NCBI GenBank assembly: GCA_028534125.1
Contig: CM052817.1
Location: forward strand, 95,110,001 to 95,174,000
Direction: 5' to 3'
DNA: 64,000 nt
DNA from: Lama glama
Lineage: Eukaryota
A model generated the notes under the pieces. It worked only from the letters and a program-made list of their open reading frames with translations. It searched no databases and was not told where the DNA came from. This document shows positions 39,545 to 51,574 of this stretch, piece after piece. Within the stretch, counting starts at the first letter, position 1. Every line of letters starts with the position of its first letter. Position numbers and translations under genes: made by a program.

Positions 39545-41863
39545 CAGGTTGATCACCCACTGTGGGTTGGGTGTGTTTCCTGCAGAGCCCAAATTCACAC
39601 TTCACCGCAGTGTGACGCACTAACAGTGTACGTGCTTATAATTAATCTTTTTCCAGTATAATGGGAATTGTCAAAAAAATTTTTCTTATTTTCAATTTTC
39701 AACCTCTTTACAGTTTTATTTCTTTTTGGAATGTCATTATTCTGCATGGAATAAATTCAGGTAACAGAATAGTCTTGACATTGTGGTGTTACTTTGACAT
39801 TCGTTAGCTCAAGAGTGATCCATGATCCAATTAGTAGAACTGATAGATAAGCAGTTGTTTAGAACGGTACTCTGTTCGTTCACCTGCTCTGCTTGACTCA
39901 GCTTGGCAGTTTTATTCTGTGTCTCAAAGTCTATACATCTTCCAAGTGTGGTTCTGTGGTTTTTCATATCTTTACAATGTCTGTCAGACAATGTAAAAAC
40001 ACAGTTGAAAGTGACACTAGTAGTGACAATGAGGTGATCCAGAAGAAGACATATAAATAAAATTTTGTCAAGTTCAAGCTCAGAGAATGAGGAGAATGAT
40101 CTTGAAGTTGAAAACAGGAGATTTTAGAACAATTAGTTGTAGAAGGAGAGGAAGAAACAGATGATGAGGATGACGGTGCACTAGACAGTACTGAGTGGAA
40201 AGAGTTTACTGGCAGACAAAGATCATTTATAATCACAGGAGAAAGTGGACCTCTGACAGAATTACTTCATGATAGCAGCCCAGGTGAAGTTCTTTTGCTA
40301 TTTTTAGATGACGAAATAATAAACCTGGTAAAGGAGGCATATAGATACACGGAACAAAAATTACTTCAACATCTAAATGTGGAATATAGTCAAATGAAGA
40401 GGTGGGAACCTACTTCTGAAGAAATTGAAGAATTCCTTGCTCTTCTAGTTTGGATGAGTCTATTGAAATCAATATCTATTACTAAATATTGGTCAAAAGA
40501 CCCCTTTACAATTTCACATTGCCACATACCATAATGTCTCATAATCATTTTAATATCAAATTTGCACTTTGCAAATAATGAAATGATTGAAAGAGGTGAT
40601 AAGCTTGGAAAAATATTACCATTGATTAACACTTTGACTGAAAATTATCAGATTTTTTTCACCAGGCTCAGGTATCATAATCAGTGAGACAGTGGTTCCT
40701 TGAAGAGGAAGGCTTATATGTAGACAGTATATACCAAATAAGACACACAAATATGGAAAAAAATTATCTGTGCTCAACCAAAGGTTATACGTGGTCAATA
40801 AAAATATATTCTGGACAAGAGACTAATGGAGTCAGGCAGATTATTAGCTCAAAATGTTTGCAGTGAGCTTGCAGAAAAATTATTGAAGAATGTACATTGT
40901 ATATAAATAACTTCTACAAAAGCTACGAATTGGCCCTAAAATTTTTGAGTTTGAAAAAGTATGGTTGGGACTGTGTGGCATAATAAAAAGTTTATACCAA
41001 AAGATGTTATGTCCCATCCACTAAAAAGGGGTGAAATGGTGTCACAAGAAGACAACAATGGAATTGTCATCCTTAAGAGGAAAGATGTTCAGGATATAAG
41101 AGTACTTTTGACAACACACACCCATTGTGGTGTCAAATTCAGATTCATCTGCTTGTTGTTACAGTCTTAAAAAAAAGTGAAGCCACTGGCCATACATGAC
41201 TATAACAGAAGTGACCGGATGGTTCTGTACGTGACGATGTTACAAAAAAGTATCAAATGGTACCAGAAATTAGCACTGTATCTACTTCCTGGGATTTCTG
41301 TTGTAAATGCACATACTGTATACCAAGCAAAGGCAAATTAAAACATTAAGTTATCAGAACTTAGGGAACTTTTAGTTAAGGAATGGTTATATTTTCCAAA
41401 TATTAGGTCCAATAATAATGCAAAGGGATAAAAGACAAGAAATTCACAATTTACAAATTAGAGAATATGTAGAAGGCAAAACAATCAGAAGAATGTATCC
41501 TCTGTTATCAGAAAAGCACGCAAACTTCGGAATGACCAGAGGCTAGAAAAAATGTAAAAGGACAGGAACATATTGTCCTAGTAGTCCCGAAACACTGCAG
41601 TGAATTGTGTGAATTATTTCAGCAAATATCATAAGACAGTAATATAAAATTATGTAATTTTGTTCGAAAGAAGATATTTTAATCTATCTGCAGTATACTT
41701 ACATGTTGTTACTATTAAATACTTGTATTACAAGTGAAAACTTGCAAATTACTTGTAAAAACGTGCATAATTGGATGAAGGAAAGCTTCAGCCATATCTC
41801 AGTGATAGGGACCCTGAGGAAACACAACTGTACCCAGATTTGGGTGACTTGGTGATTAATTTG
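39545..41863 (+). mobile_element. Full-length fossil piggyBac-superfamily DNA transposon (2319 bp) in ABCE1 intron 13
   Basis: TTAA at 39541-39544 and 41864-41867; 13-bp TIRs CAGGTTGATCACC vs CAAATTAATCACC (reverse complement of the right end, 10/13); subterminal inverted repeats; transposase motifs inside. Confidence 0.9.
39977..41647 (+). pseudogene. Decayed piggyBac transposase (DDE_Tnp_1_7-type) with C-terminal Cys-rich domain
   Basis: Acidic N-terminus; EEIEEFLALLVWMSL, YWSKDP, LHFANN, RGRLICRQYIPNKTHKYG, NNFYKS, VGTV, KPLAIHDYN, KWYQKL, VVNA, TYCP, CVNYFSKYH; multiple stops and frameshifts. Confidence 0.9.
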
Positions 41864-41919
41864 TTAAAGTCTGTTCGGCATCTTTTTCCAAAATCTTTAA
41901 AAATCTAATGTGTTTTGTG

Positions 41920-42270
41920 CTACAAATGAAACCAGAAAAGTGAAAGGCTATCCACAGGGCTGGAGAAATCATTTGCACCTAATAAGGTACTTGTATTCAG
42001 AACATACAGAGAACTCTTAGAACTCACTTTAAAAATGGGTGAAGGATTTGAATAGACATTTTTCCAAAGAAAATACACAAATGGCCAATAAGCACATGAA
42101 AAGATGCTCAACATCATTAGTCATGAAGGAAGTGCAGATCAAAACCACAGTGAGATACCATATCACACCCACTAGGATGACTTAAATCAAAAGGACAGTA
42201 ACAAGTATTCGTGAGGATGTGGAGAAACTGGAACCTCATGCATTGGTAGGTTCCAGAAAATGGTGGAGCC
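41920..42270 (+). repeat. L1 ORF2 3' fragment
   Basis: aatggccaataagcacatgaaaagatgctcaacatcattagtcat...aaaaccacagtgagatacca. Confidence 0.88.
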
Positions 42271-42868
42271 TCTATTATTCAGCCCATCAATCAATCAGTG
42301 GCACATGTTACAGGGTGGATGAACGTTAAAACATTATGACATTTATTAACCGCTGGTTTCTGCAGGTGTTGCAATGAATTTACTCCAGTATCTACACTCA
42401 GTACCTCAGTACTCATATTAAGAGTATTTGAGATGGCGTGGCTTACAATAAAAATTTTATCATTGATGCTGTCTATAAGCTTAGCTTTTAAGTTCTCAAA
42501 CTCAGCCCTCTCCTCAGATAACAAATAAAAGACATCTTAAATTCATCCCTATTGCATTATTGTGCGTTTTGTGTTATCTTACTGATTGCCTAAGATTACT
42601 TGATACCTATGTTGACCTCTAGAATTACTCCTGTTCTCAAATGATTTCTTCCCTGAAACATTCATTATTTACTACTTTCAAATTTTAAGATAATTGTGTT
42701 TTCTTGTTTACATGGTAGAGATGATGGGTTTTTAACTTAAAAAGTCTGGAAACATGGTATAGTTGATGGATAAGCATAAAAATACTATAGATATAGTGGC
42801 AAATTGATACACCTTTGCTGAGAAGTTTAACTTTGTCTAGGTTCATAATTCAAAGAGTTGTGTACTGA

Positions 42869-43021
<153 letters not shown>

Positions 43022-43102
43022 TAAGATAATTTTTGTTGTATCATTTTATTCCTTTAATCTTTGGTGTCTCTACATGGTTTGTTGAACTTCTTGTGCAAAT
43101 AG

Positions 43103-43246
<144 letters not shown>

Positions 43247-43295
43247 TAATGTCCTACTCATAAGTGTATTACTTTTGATTAAATATAGCATTTGA

Positions 43296-43466
<171 letters not shown>

Positions 43467-44732
43467 TAAAATTGCTTTCTAAAGTATACAAACCTAATTA
43501 CAAGTTCCAACAATTAGAACATTATTATTTAAAATTTCCAGTAAGCATTTAGACATTAGTCATATTATTTTAATTTTTAATAAGGAAATAGCCAGAAATT
43601 ATAGAAATGACTCTGTGACGCCTAAGGTTATTCATATCCAATTCTGGATGGCACTGGGCAGAACAGCAGTTTTCATTCAGGCTGTAGTACAGAACTCCTG
43701 ACCGAGGGGGATAAGCATGCAGAGCTTTCGGCCCCGCACCTTTTCTTTCAGGTTAAGTTTTGTCTGCTCCATTCTTTGCCATAAGTTACATGATTTGCCC
43801 ATCTTACACTGCTAATGGTAAAACTCACTACATCCTGCATATCTGGTACTGATGCACAGCACAGTTAAAGATGAAAGCTTTTATGTTTCCCCCTTTTTTT
43901 TCCTCTCATTTTTACTTACTGGCTTGATCGAGGGCACTTGTAATACTGAGAAGCCTAACATTCAGGTAGTTAATGAAAAATTTCTTATACTTCTGGTGCT
44001 AAAACCTTGTTAAGTTGAACTGTATGAAATTAACTGATATTCAACCATGTTGACCTATAAAAACAATAATTTCATGTGATTCCAACATGGTGTTTCCTGG
44101 TTTAGGAGGAATAGAGTTCCTGTTTGAATAATCCATCCAAGAAATGAAAGTACTTTCTGAGCTTTGCAGAATTCCTTTTTTTCCCCCATTTAAAATCTGT
44201 GTTATCAGTTATTGAAAATCACATGCTTCTTAGCGAGGGTGGTTATTCAAATAATGATCCTCCCTTTGTATTTACACAGTGCTTAACATGTTCCACATGT
44301 ACAGTAAGATTTAAAAACTAGTTTGGGTGAGAAAAGATGAATAAAGTATAAAAACTTAAAAAGAAGTTATTACTAAAAACCATTAGGTTGTACATATTCC
44401 CTTTAGTGCCAGATTTCTAACATAAATACCTTTTCTATTAAATTCTCTTCTCCCCTAAAAATCCTAGATTTGAAATTCTACAGTTGTGTAATTTTTCTAA
44501 AGTAGTACTTGTCTAAATGTTTCTTTTTCCAGGTCAGAAGCACACTTTAAACTGTGTGTTTTGCACAAAAATGCAGCCAAACTATGTAGTCCAAGCAAAG
44601 ACATTTCTGAATATAGAGTTTTTAATATACTGTGATTATACTATTACTCAGATGACTTATGATTGGGGAATTAGAGGGAACAGTGATTCATAATACTCTT
44701 CATCCCAAAAAGTAGTTACATTTGGGGGGTAA

Positions 44733-44912
<180 letters not shown>

Positions 44913-45519
44913 TAACTTCTCAGTGTAAATAATGAAAAGGCATGTTCATTAAAATCCATGTCATACTTCGTTCTGAGATTCATGTCTTGTACATCTTAGC
45001 ATCTGATGGCATACTTCATTCTGGGGCAGCAGTCGTGATGCAGCTGCCATTGCCGCGTTGTCTCTTTGAGGTGCGCCCACTGTTGTACCTCTTGTTGAGT
45101 ATAATTGTCATTTTAAATATCTTCAGAAAGATTACACTCATTTGCCTTTGAAGCAAAGAAGTTTTTTCAAATAGTTAATTTGACCAGTTTTTTGTACACA
45201 TTTTTTGCACATGCACAAGAACAAACACATGATTAAAATGTATATTTAAAGTCTAAACAAGCTTCTTCAATAAACATTAAATTCTAAATAATGGAAAAAC
45301 ATTGTCAGTTAAATTGGCAGTGTTTCTTTTTGGTATATAAAGTAATTGTGCACCCTACACTTAAAGTGGTCTGTGAAATACAGTTTTTAGAAGGCAGTCA
45401 TTTCTTTGTCACTCAAAGAAAAAGCGAACTCTAAAAAAGCACTTCTGTTTCTAGTATTTGAAATGCCTCCTTAAAATGTTGCCTACATTTCGTAGCCCTC
45501 TAGCCATCATCCTTAATAC

Positions 45520-45720
45520 TTAGAAGCTTTACAAGTACATTATGCATACCTGTAGCACTTACTCAATTTCATTGTTTTCGTGTTTGTACTCCTAGCTTTG
45601 CTGCTAACCTGTGAGCTCTTGGAAGGCAGAGCCAAGGTCGTGGTACACATCATACGTATTTAAGCACCTGACACAATGTCTGGGTGCCTAGCCTTCACTA
45701 TGTATTGTGTTTATGAGTGA
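45520..45720 (+). repeat. LINE-2 3' fragment
   Basis: ctgtgagctcttggaaggcagag...gcacctgacacaatgtctgg. Confidence 0.65.
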
Positions 45721-46446
45721 CTTATCTTACTCTTGTCTAGGATAATGAAATAGTGAGTTTTAAATTAAAATTAAAGTTTTCCCAGCTCTGAAAAGCATAT
45801 TAAACAGAAGAACTAAATTCCAGAACACTAACTACGCACAGCTTAATTTCTGTAAGAACTTCTTCTGAAACATTGCAAACACTTTGTATTGTGGTTTTCT
45901 TGTGTACACTCATGGCTCAGTCCCCAGTACACTATTCATCATTTCCTCTATAAACACTCATCCTGGACAGTCATACTTGAATTCTAGTAAAGGAGGAGCA
46001 CCTAGGCAAATAGGTAAATGGGTCACTGCTGGCCAGTCTGTAGACAGTACTGGGAAAAATGGTTTTTATATACGTTTTGTATGATAGGCAGTTCTCAAAC
46101 TGACAGTGTTACCGTTTTACCATGAACTTAAAATGATGAAAATGGAACTTAATAGTTTTTCTGGAAATGTATTTTATGTAACAAATTTTTAGACATGTAA
46201 ATAAGGCATTTTACGTAAAGGGATTTTGTATGAGGCGGCCCAAGGAAGGTGCTGTGGTAGGGATGGGTAGCAGAGGTAGTAATCCGGCCTTTGGTGGAAC
46301 CAGGAATCCCCAGGAGCGGACAGTGAGTGCAAGGCGGCTGGACAGACAGTACCGTAAACCCTGTGAAGTGATGCTGCGGGTGAAAGTCTGCCCTGCATAC
46401 AAGAGAATGGTGTTGATTTCTCTTGCTTCTCTATTTTATTTTTTAG

Positions 46447-46494
46447 GATGTAGAACAAAAGAAGAGTGGAAACTACTTTTTCTTGGATGATTAG
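46447..46494 (+). CDS. ABCE1: ABCE1 exon 18, coding part 48 nt including TAG
   Basis: DVEQKKSGNYFFLDD*; all coding exons sum to 1800 nt = 599 aa + stop. Confidence 0.98.
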   Translation, partial: DVEQKKSGNYFFLDD

Positions 46495-47804
46495 AGTGAA
46501 TCTGAGAATACTGATAAGCCATTTATTAAAAGAAACATTGGGATTTTTGTCATATAAAACTGAAAATCAGGTTTTATACCCCACATGCCCTGGAGCTTGG
46601 AATTTAACTTGCTGTAATAACATCAAAAGCCAGTTGTGTTATAAACTGTAATCGGAATACAGAAAATATCACTTTTCTGTTCTTGATAAGGCCCTTTTTG
46701 TGCATAACATTCAAAAATGAAGACATTTCAAGCTATACAGATTACCTCCAAGTTTTCATGATGTATGTGAAGATTTTCAATAAGTGTATTACATATTCAT
46801 GTACCAAATGCTGACCAGTGTTGCCCCCTTTCAAAAATCTTGAAACAAGTTTCTGTAATTCCATAATTTGCCAAGTATTCTAGTATAATGAAACCACCCT
46901 TATTTTTAAGGCCGGTCGATGACTCTACTGATGAAATTTGATAAATAAACATCAGGATTGTATTGATTTGTTTTCAGCCTTTGCACTAAATTGTCAGAGT
47001 GCTTAGACTTTCAAGGGAAGATTATCTAGTACAAAACACCACTGCTGGAAAATGACTATTACAAACTTAAGCATTGTTTACAATGTTTTTGGTGCTTTTG
47101 AATATCTATCGAAAATCATTTCAACACACCCTTCTCCTGGCCCCCAAAAAACCCTAATTTTACTCTGAATTATTCAGATTTAGCATTCCATAAGATTGTA
47201 TATTCTATAATTTTTCTCAAAGTAGTGCTATTCTTTAAACATACATTTATATAATCATTGATCAAGATTTAGGAAAAGGCATTTTAAAGAACATTTGTTT
47301 TCCTTCAAAGTACAGGATAGGCCCCGAATTTTTAGAGTTAGCATCTTCGTATTTTTCCCTAAGCATCTATATATTTTTAAAATTGCACACATTTCTGATG
47401 GGCAGACAGGGACTGTGAGCCACTTCCCTAAGGGCAACATTAATGCAAATAAGTTGAGTCCCCAGTAGCAATACAAAGTATCCTCTGGTACCAAATATAT
47501 TCATTTCTAAGTTTGGTTATAGAGGATATTACCTAAATCTATTTGACTTTTTTTTGAGTTTTGAATAGTGTGTAGCAGGAGTTCTAAAAACTATCCAAAT
47601 TTCTTGAGTTCCTGAGTTTGAACAGGGGGATACCTGTAGTGTGAAACCACTTTTATACTTCTGACTAATGTGCCGAACTGGAACTAACTTACACTAACTA
47701 GAAATTATTGAGCAGACTTTTAGAGCTCCTTAAAACGATAGAGGCTTTGATTAATTTGCAAACAGTGGATAGAAAGTAGGGTTTAACAGAGCCCCGGTAT
47801 ACCT

Positions 47805-48035
47805 TTTAAAAAATTAATTTATGTAAGTAATCCATAAATACATGTTTGTTGTGAAAATTCAAATATATAGAAATATATGGAATAAAGAGTTATGGTCTTC
47901 CTTCATTTTACCCTCCCAAAGGTTACCAGTATTTATGTTTAATATATATCCTCCCTTTTATGCTTTTTTCTGTGCACTTAACCTAAGTGTGAATATGTAA
48001 AGGGTTTGTTTTGTACATAAATGGGATTATACTAA
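47805..48035 (-). repeat. Old L1M 3' UTR fragment inside the ABCE1 3' UTR
   Basis: gaaaattcaaatatatagaa, ccctcccaaaggttacc, aaatgggattatact. Confidence 0.5.
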
Positions 48036-48097
48036 GATAAGTAGTGCCTATTTTTAAGGATAGGTTAAATTTGTGAATGATTACTTCAAATATATTG

Positions 48098-48103
48098 AAT
48101 AAA
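48098..48103 (+). terminator. Distal polyadenylation signal of ABCE1
   Basis: AATAAA followed ~20 nt later by T- and GT-rich sequence. Confidence 0.65.
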
Positions 48104-49299
48104 ATAAGACAAAAGCTATTTTTATTTATCAATTCTGTATCATGTCCTTAAGAAAATCTTTGTGATATAAGAGCACAGTTCTTTCAACTTCTTGGTGCTG
48201 ACAGAATATCCATCAATTGTAATGTTTTACATGTAAATGAAATTTTTTAAATAGGGATTTGGATGTTAAAATTTTATATAGCAAAGAAAAGGACTTAAAA
48301 TTATGAACACAAGAGTTTTTTATAAAATCTATTACCAACTCAAATACATCAGTGCAAATGTTAACTATTAAAGAGACAGACTACTCAGTATATCCTGATT
48401 AAGAAAAAAATCTCTAAGCAAAAAAGCATGGTGCAACATAGTTTATTATAACACACCACTGTTTATATGAAAATAAATATAATAATACAATGTACAAAAA
48501 ATACTCAAGAAAATAATGCTTTTGAAAAGGATTACTTGTTGGTTAAAAGACAGGGAAGAAAGGAGACACATATATACACATACCCCCATCACCTTTTGAA
48601 TTTTGTATTTTGTACATATCAATTATGTGTATTCAGCCTAGTATACAGCAGTCTTTACAAAAGCAGTGTTATCTCTGGAACTTAGGATAACCTAATTTTA
48701 GGCCGTAGTATCTTGAGGTCCAGTACCTTCTCTCGCTTCAATTCAATGTGTAGACTGGTGTGTGGCATGCAGTTCACCTACTATATTGAAGGAATGAATG
48801 TACTTGCCACAGAGTGTGTTTCTGTAGGAAGACTGGATAACTACTCAGTTGGGTCTTTAATTTCATTCATATTCACTAGCATTTTAGATGCGTGTACGTC
48901 AAGCCCTTAACCCAGTGTCTGGTGTATCACGAGCACCAAGTGTTTTCAAAAGTGAAATAGTCCTCGGTTGGAGGGTCAGAAAAGGCTTATTATGTGCAGG
49001 TAGCTCCCAGGGGAAAGGCACCATCATGATAAAAATGGTAAGACAACCCACGTAAGCCAGAATACAGGTCAGGTCAGAGGCAGAAACAAGCATGGGCGCT
49101 GAAGAGATTAGTGAGAGGGAAGCATGAATACGGGTAGGCAGGCGGCAGTGGATTTCCAGTTTCTTTAAGATTTAAGGTAGAGGTGTTAGTGTGCTCAAAG
49201 TAGGGACTGACAAAGCAAAGCCAGTTAGAGAAGCAGCTAGAATTATCAAAGTAACAGTTGTTCAGGACCTTATAGTTTTTACGCTTGTATTTTTTTTTT

Positions 49300-49705
49300 A
49301 CTCACCAGCATGTCCTTCCTTGCCAGTTTGATAGGCAGGGTGCCCAGCTCCAGGTGCTGGAGCATAACTAGGCTAAAACCATCATGACAGTCCTCTTCCA
49401 TGTTTTCCTAGTCTCTCACAGCGGGGCATGATGCTGTGTTGACCAAATTCTAGCCAGCAAGCTGAAAGTAGAAGTCTTGGTGTTTCCAGAAGCTCTCTTG
49501 CTGTCCTAATAAAAGGAGATACATATCTGGTACCACTTTTTGTGGCTATAAGGTGACAAGGGAAATGCCAAGAAAGCCACAAGGATGCTAGCCCTGACAT
49601 CAAACATGGCACAACTGCCCGCAGCCACTTTCCCTCTAGATTTCTTAGGAAAGGAAAACAAATCCTTATTTAAATTGTTTTTGAGTCAAACGATTTCTCT
49701 TGAAG
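49300..49705 (+). repeat. MaLR LTR (MLT1 family)
   Basis: Typical MLT1 3' end aaaacaaatccttatttaaatt...tttctcttgaag. Confidence 0.55.
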
Positions 49706-50639
49706 TAACCTTGGCCCCTTGGCTCTGGGGTTTGTCTCTCCAAAGGCTTTGCATTTACTTCTGCCAGGTGACCAAGTGTGTCACCAACTTGGAACCACTT
49801 TTCATCTTAGCTTGCAGATTCCTGGACCTCAAACCTAAACAAGTGTAAAAACATTCTCAGTCAGTGGGGTTTGTTTTTGTTTTTGTTTTACCTTTTAAGA
49901 ATCTAGAACCCAGGCCAGGAGAGGCTTGTCTATAGGAAATTTTTGCTATTACTATTAGGGCCCATTTTACTGAGGTGCTCCTGGCTTTAATGCAGATGTA
50001 TTAGTTCCAGCTCCCAACCTTGCATGTGCCCAAGTCCATCTCTTGTATCTAAACCTTTTCAGCTGATGAGTCTGGCAGCCACGTTCTTCCATCCCCTCTC
50101 ATGGAGCACAGCCTTAGTGTCACTTCACGTCTGTGCCTCTGGTTTCTGGTCTCCCATTTTTTGCCCCTCATTTGTGAACGTCTAAAATCATGAAGGACTA
50201 AGTTACACAGGAACAAGTATTTCCCTAGAAAAGTACATAGCATTACTTTGTTTTTTACTCTATCTTAAGGCCGTTTAGTCCAAAGCCAAGGTTTTCATTT
50301 TAGAAACAAGCTTACCACAGAGAATTTGATTTTCTTGCCTAGATGTGAAAAATAAAATGTAATCACAGCAATGGTATTTTTAAGAAGGACTGACTTTCAA
50401 GTCCGGTTTCTCTAGTGAACTCAAAGGATCAATCTAACAAATTCCTGCTGTTCATACCAACATCTGAAGCTTCAGTGTTCTGAGGAGGGCAGGATTCACT
50501 CTTTCTGATGAGCGTATAAAATTGTTAAGGTCTGTGAATGCAGGTTGTGTTTACTCCCTCTTTTGTAATTAATTTGCATTCTCATACCATTCCACAGACA
50601 TGGACGTCAGAGTCCAAGTAACGCAAGTACACTCAAAGT

Positions 50640-51072
50640 AGAACGGAGGCCCTTCGAAGTACAGAAAAGTTAGAGAAACCCTGAATAGGCCACTTCCTGT
50701 GGACTACTGGTCACTCGGTCTCACCCTTTTATCCTGTCAGTTCTGCCAGGGCTTCAACCAGCTCCAGAACACAATCCCTCTTGCTTTCCTCCCCGACTCC
50801 AGGGGAGAGGTGCCGGCACTCATAGCTGATACATAAATGCTTCCCCCCCAACCCCTGCCCTTCCTGTCTCCCTCAGACCCCTCCTCCACCCCCGACAAGG
50901 TTCTGTGAGCCTTCACTCCCCTCCTCGGGCAGCCCCAAACAAACGGCCTGCATGACTTGATACCCTCCTTCCAGCTTTCTGCCCCTGTACCTTGGGCACC
51001 TCTCCATCAAACCCTGTACTGAATGAAGCCTTTGTTTCAGGCTCTGCTTCCTGAGGAAGCCATATGCAGACA
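50640..51072 (+). repeat. Old ERVL-type solo LTR fragment
   Basis: Ends gcctttgtttcaggctctgcttcctgaggaagccatatgcagaca. Confidence 0.5.
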
Positions 51073-51574
51073 AAGTCCATACATAAAGTAAGAAGGTTAA
51101 GAAGTATTGACTAGTAATATTCTTAGGTGATGATTTAATGAAGAAATACAACCTTAAGAAACTTGGGTTTTCAAAGTAGTTAAGTATACTTGCTACCTGT
51201 TTTCAAATAAAACTTTCAATGATTTGCTTGATCTAACAAATAAAAAAGGCCATTTAGTCTATAAATTATTCTATACATTCCCATTTCACTTAATGAGAAC
51301 TAGCACTAAAAAGAATCATAGCAGGTTCAAGTCCAAATTCTACCACTTACTGGTTGCATGTCCCCAGTTTTATTATATAGAGAGTAGGGAAAAGAACAGT
51401 GCCTACCTCACAGATTATAAATCCCGTGTGGCATTTACTTGCACACTAGATTATTTTCTGATTGGGATAAAAACTATGGAAACCAACTCTTAGTTTTAGA
51501 AATTTACTTAAATTCCTCTTAAGATTTATACACTGTATTACTTGGTTAAAACACTAGAACCAAAGAACCACAAG

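Larger units (their letters stand above)
46495..48125 (+). other. ABCE1: ABCE1 3' UTR (end approximate)
   Basis: Follows the stop codon; distal AATAAA 48098-48103 followed by T-rich sequence. Confidence 0.7.

Noticed and set aside
39977..41647. Possible domesticated PGBD-like gene
   Set aside because: Early stop, many frameshifts and loss of catalytic residues; longest tracked ORF fragment is about 80 aa
45025..45048. GGCAGC...GCTGCC hairpin as a possible intronic ncRNA
   Set aside because: Only a 6-bp stem; no snoRNA boxes or miRNA-length hairpin
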